Below are positions 56,290 through 56,972 of a stretch of 56,972 bases of DNA, in pieces. The position numbers and the translations under genes are program-made. How positions within the stretch are numbered: position 1 is the first letter of the stretch; each line of letters starts with the position of its first letter. Source of the DNA: a virus (Duplodnaviria; Caudoviricetes); the IMG/VR virus record IMGVR_UViG_3300022750_000015, positions 1-56,972 of that record. One strand, 5' to 3'. The notes below the pieces were generated by a model that saw nothing but the letters and a program-made list of their open reading frames with translations, had not been told where the DNA came from and did no database searches.

Positions 56290-56802
56290 ATGGAAACTCC
56301 AAAAATTTATGTTGGTACATATGCAAAATACAATGCCGGTTCTATCGGCGGCCAATGGTTAGACTTAGATGATTATTCAGACGTATCTGAGTTTTACGAT
56401 GCTTGTAAAGAGTTACATGCGGACGAAACCAATCCGGAGTACATGTTTCAGGACTGGGAAAATATACCCGACGCGTTTATAGGTGAAAGTTATATTTCGG
56501 AAAACTTTTGGCCGTACATGCAAGCCGTTAACGATTTGGATAACTCCGAAGCCTTCGAGGCGTTTGTTAACCACTTTGGTTATGATTTGGCTAAAGAAGA
56601 TATTGACGTATTAATCTGCCGCTTCGATGATAGCTATTTCGGCGATCAGTCTACAAGTGATTACGCATATGAATTAGCACAGGAATTTTTGCACGACGTA
56701 CCGGAAACCGTTAAGTCATATTTCGATTATGATAAATGGGAGCGCGATTTGTTTATGTCAGATTTTACTGAGGTTGACGGTTTTATATTTCGTAACGTAT
56801 AA
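56290..56802 (+). CDS. ardA: Antirestriction protein ArdA
   Basis: IYVGTYAKYN.GSI.G.W, EYMFQDWE, YFDY..W.RDL; highly acidic. Confidence 0.9.
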   Translation: METPKIYVGTYAKYNAGSIGGQWLDLDDYSDVSEFYDACKELHADETNPEYMFQDWENIPDAFIGESYISENFWPYMQAVNDLDNSEAFEAFVNHFGYDLAKEDIDVLICRFDDSYFGDQSTSDYAYELAQEFLHDVPETVKSYFDYDKWERDLFMSDFTEVDGFIFRNV

Positions 56803-56803
56803 C

Positions 56804-56972
56804 ATGAAAATATACATAATAATCGAAGCAAACGCTTACGATGGTTATTACCCGCCGGACGATTTTTATTATATAGATAAAGCCGCCGCCGATAAAGAAT
56901 GCGAACGGCTAAACATAGCACAAAGCGGTAATAATAAAAAACATTGGTATTTCAGTGTACAGGAATTAGAAC
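56804..56972 (+). CDS. Hypothetical protein, truncated by the window end
   Basis: ATG at 56804, open to the end. Confidence 0.55.
   Translation, partial: MKIYIIIEANAYDGYYPPDDFYYIDKAAADKECERLNIAQSGNNKKHWYFSVQELE

Overview
Apparently near-complete (~57 kb) genome of a tailed dsDNA phage. It is circularly permuted: the + strand early genes at the right end continue at the left end, across a low-quality poly-A junction. The host is probably in Bacteroidetes, judging by TTTG-N17-20-TAnnTTTG promoters, A-rich starts without Shine-Dalgarno sites, and Gln after signal-peptide cleavage sites. Layout: early small genes incl. ArdA (55.5 kb to 5 kb); an APSE-like replication module (VapE primase-helicase, VRR-NUC, SNF2, PolA, DUF2800, DUF2815 SSB) split into opposing operons and interleaved with three DNA methyltransferases and two SLOG paralogues; and a long minus-strand late operon with a lambda-like head/packaging module, a Mu-like contractile tail/baseplate, fibres and an M15/SH3 endolysin. 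I recognised no integrase, tRNA or CRISPR. Most notable observations: (1) a C-terminal DIL/DLF tag shared by five replication-region enzymes from three unrelated families; (2) three consecutive tail-module proteins with Sec signal peptides, followed by a two-cysteine peptide plus membrane-protein cassette; (3) tandem candidate sRNAs between terL and gpW; (4) an internally deleted HNH gene, a TGA-interrupted gene, a -1 tail-chaperone frameshift, leaderless genes and a repeat-rich ori/packaging region. All family calls come from motif recognition by eye, not database searches.
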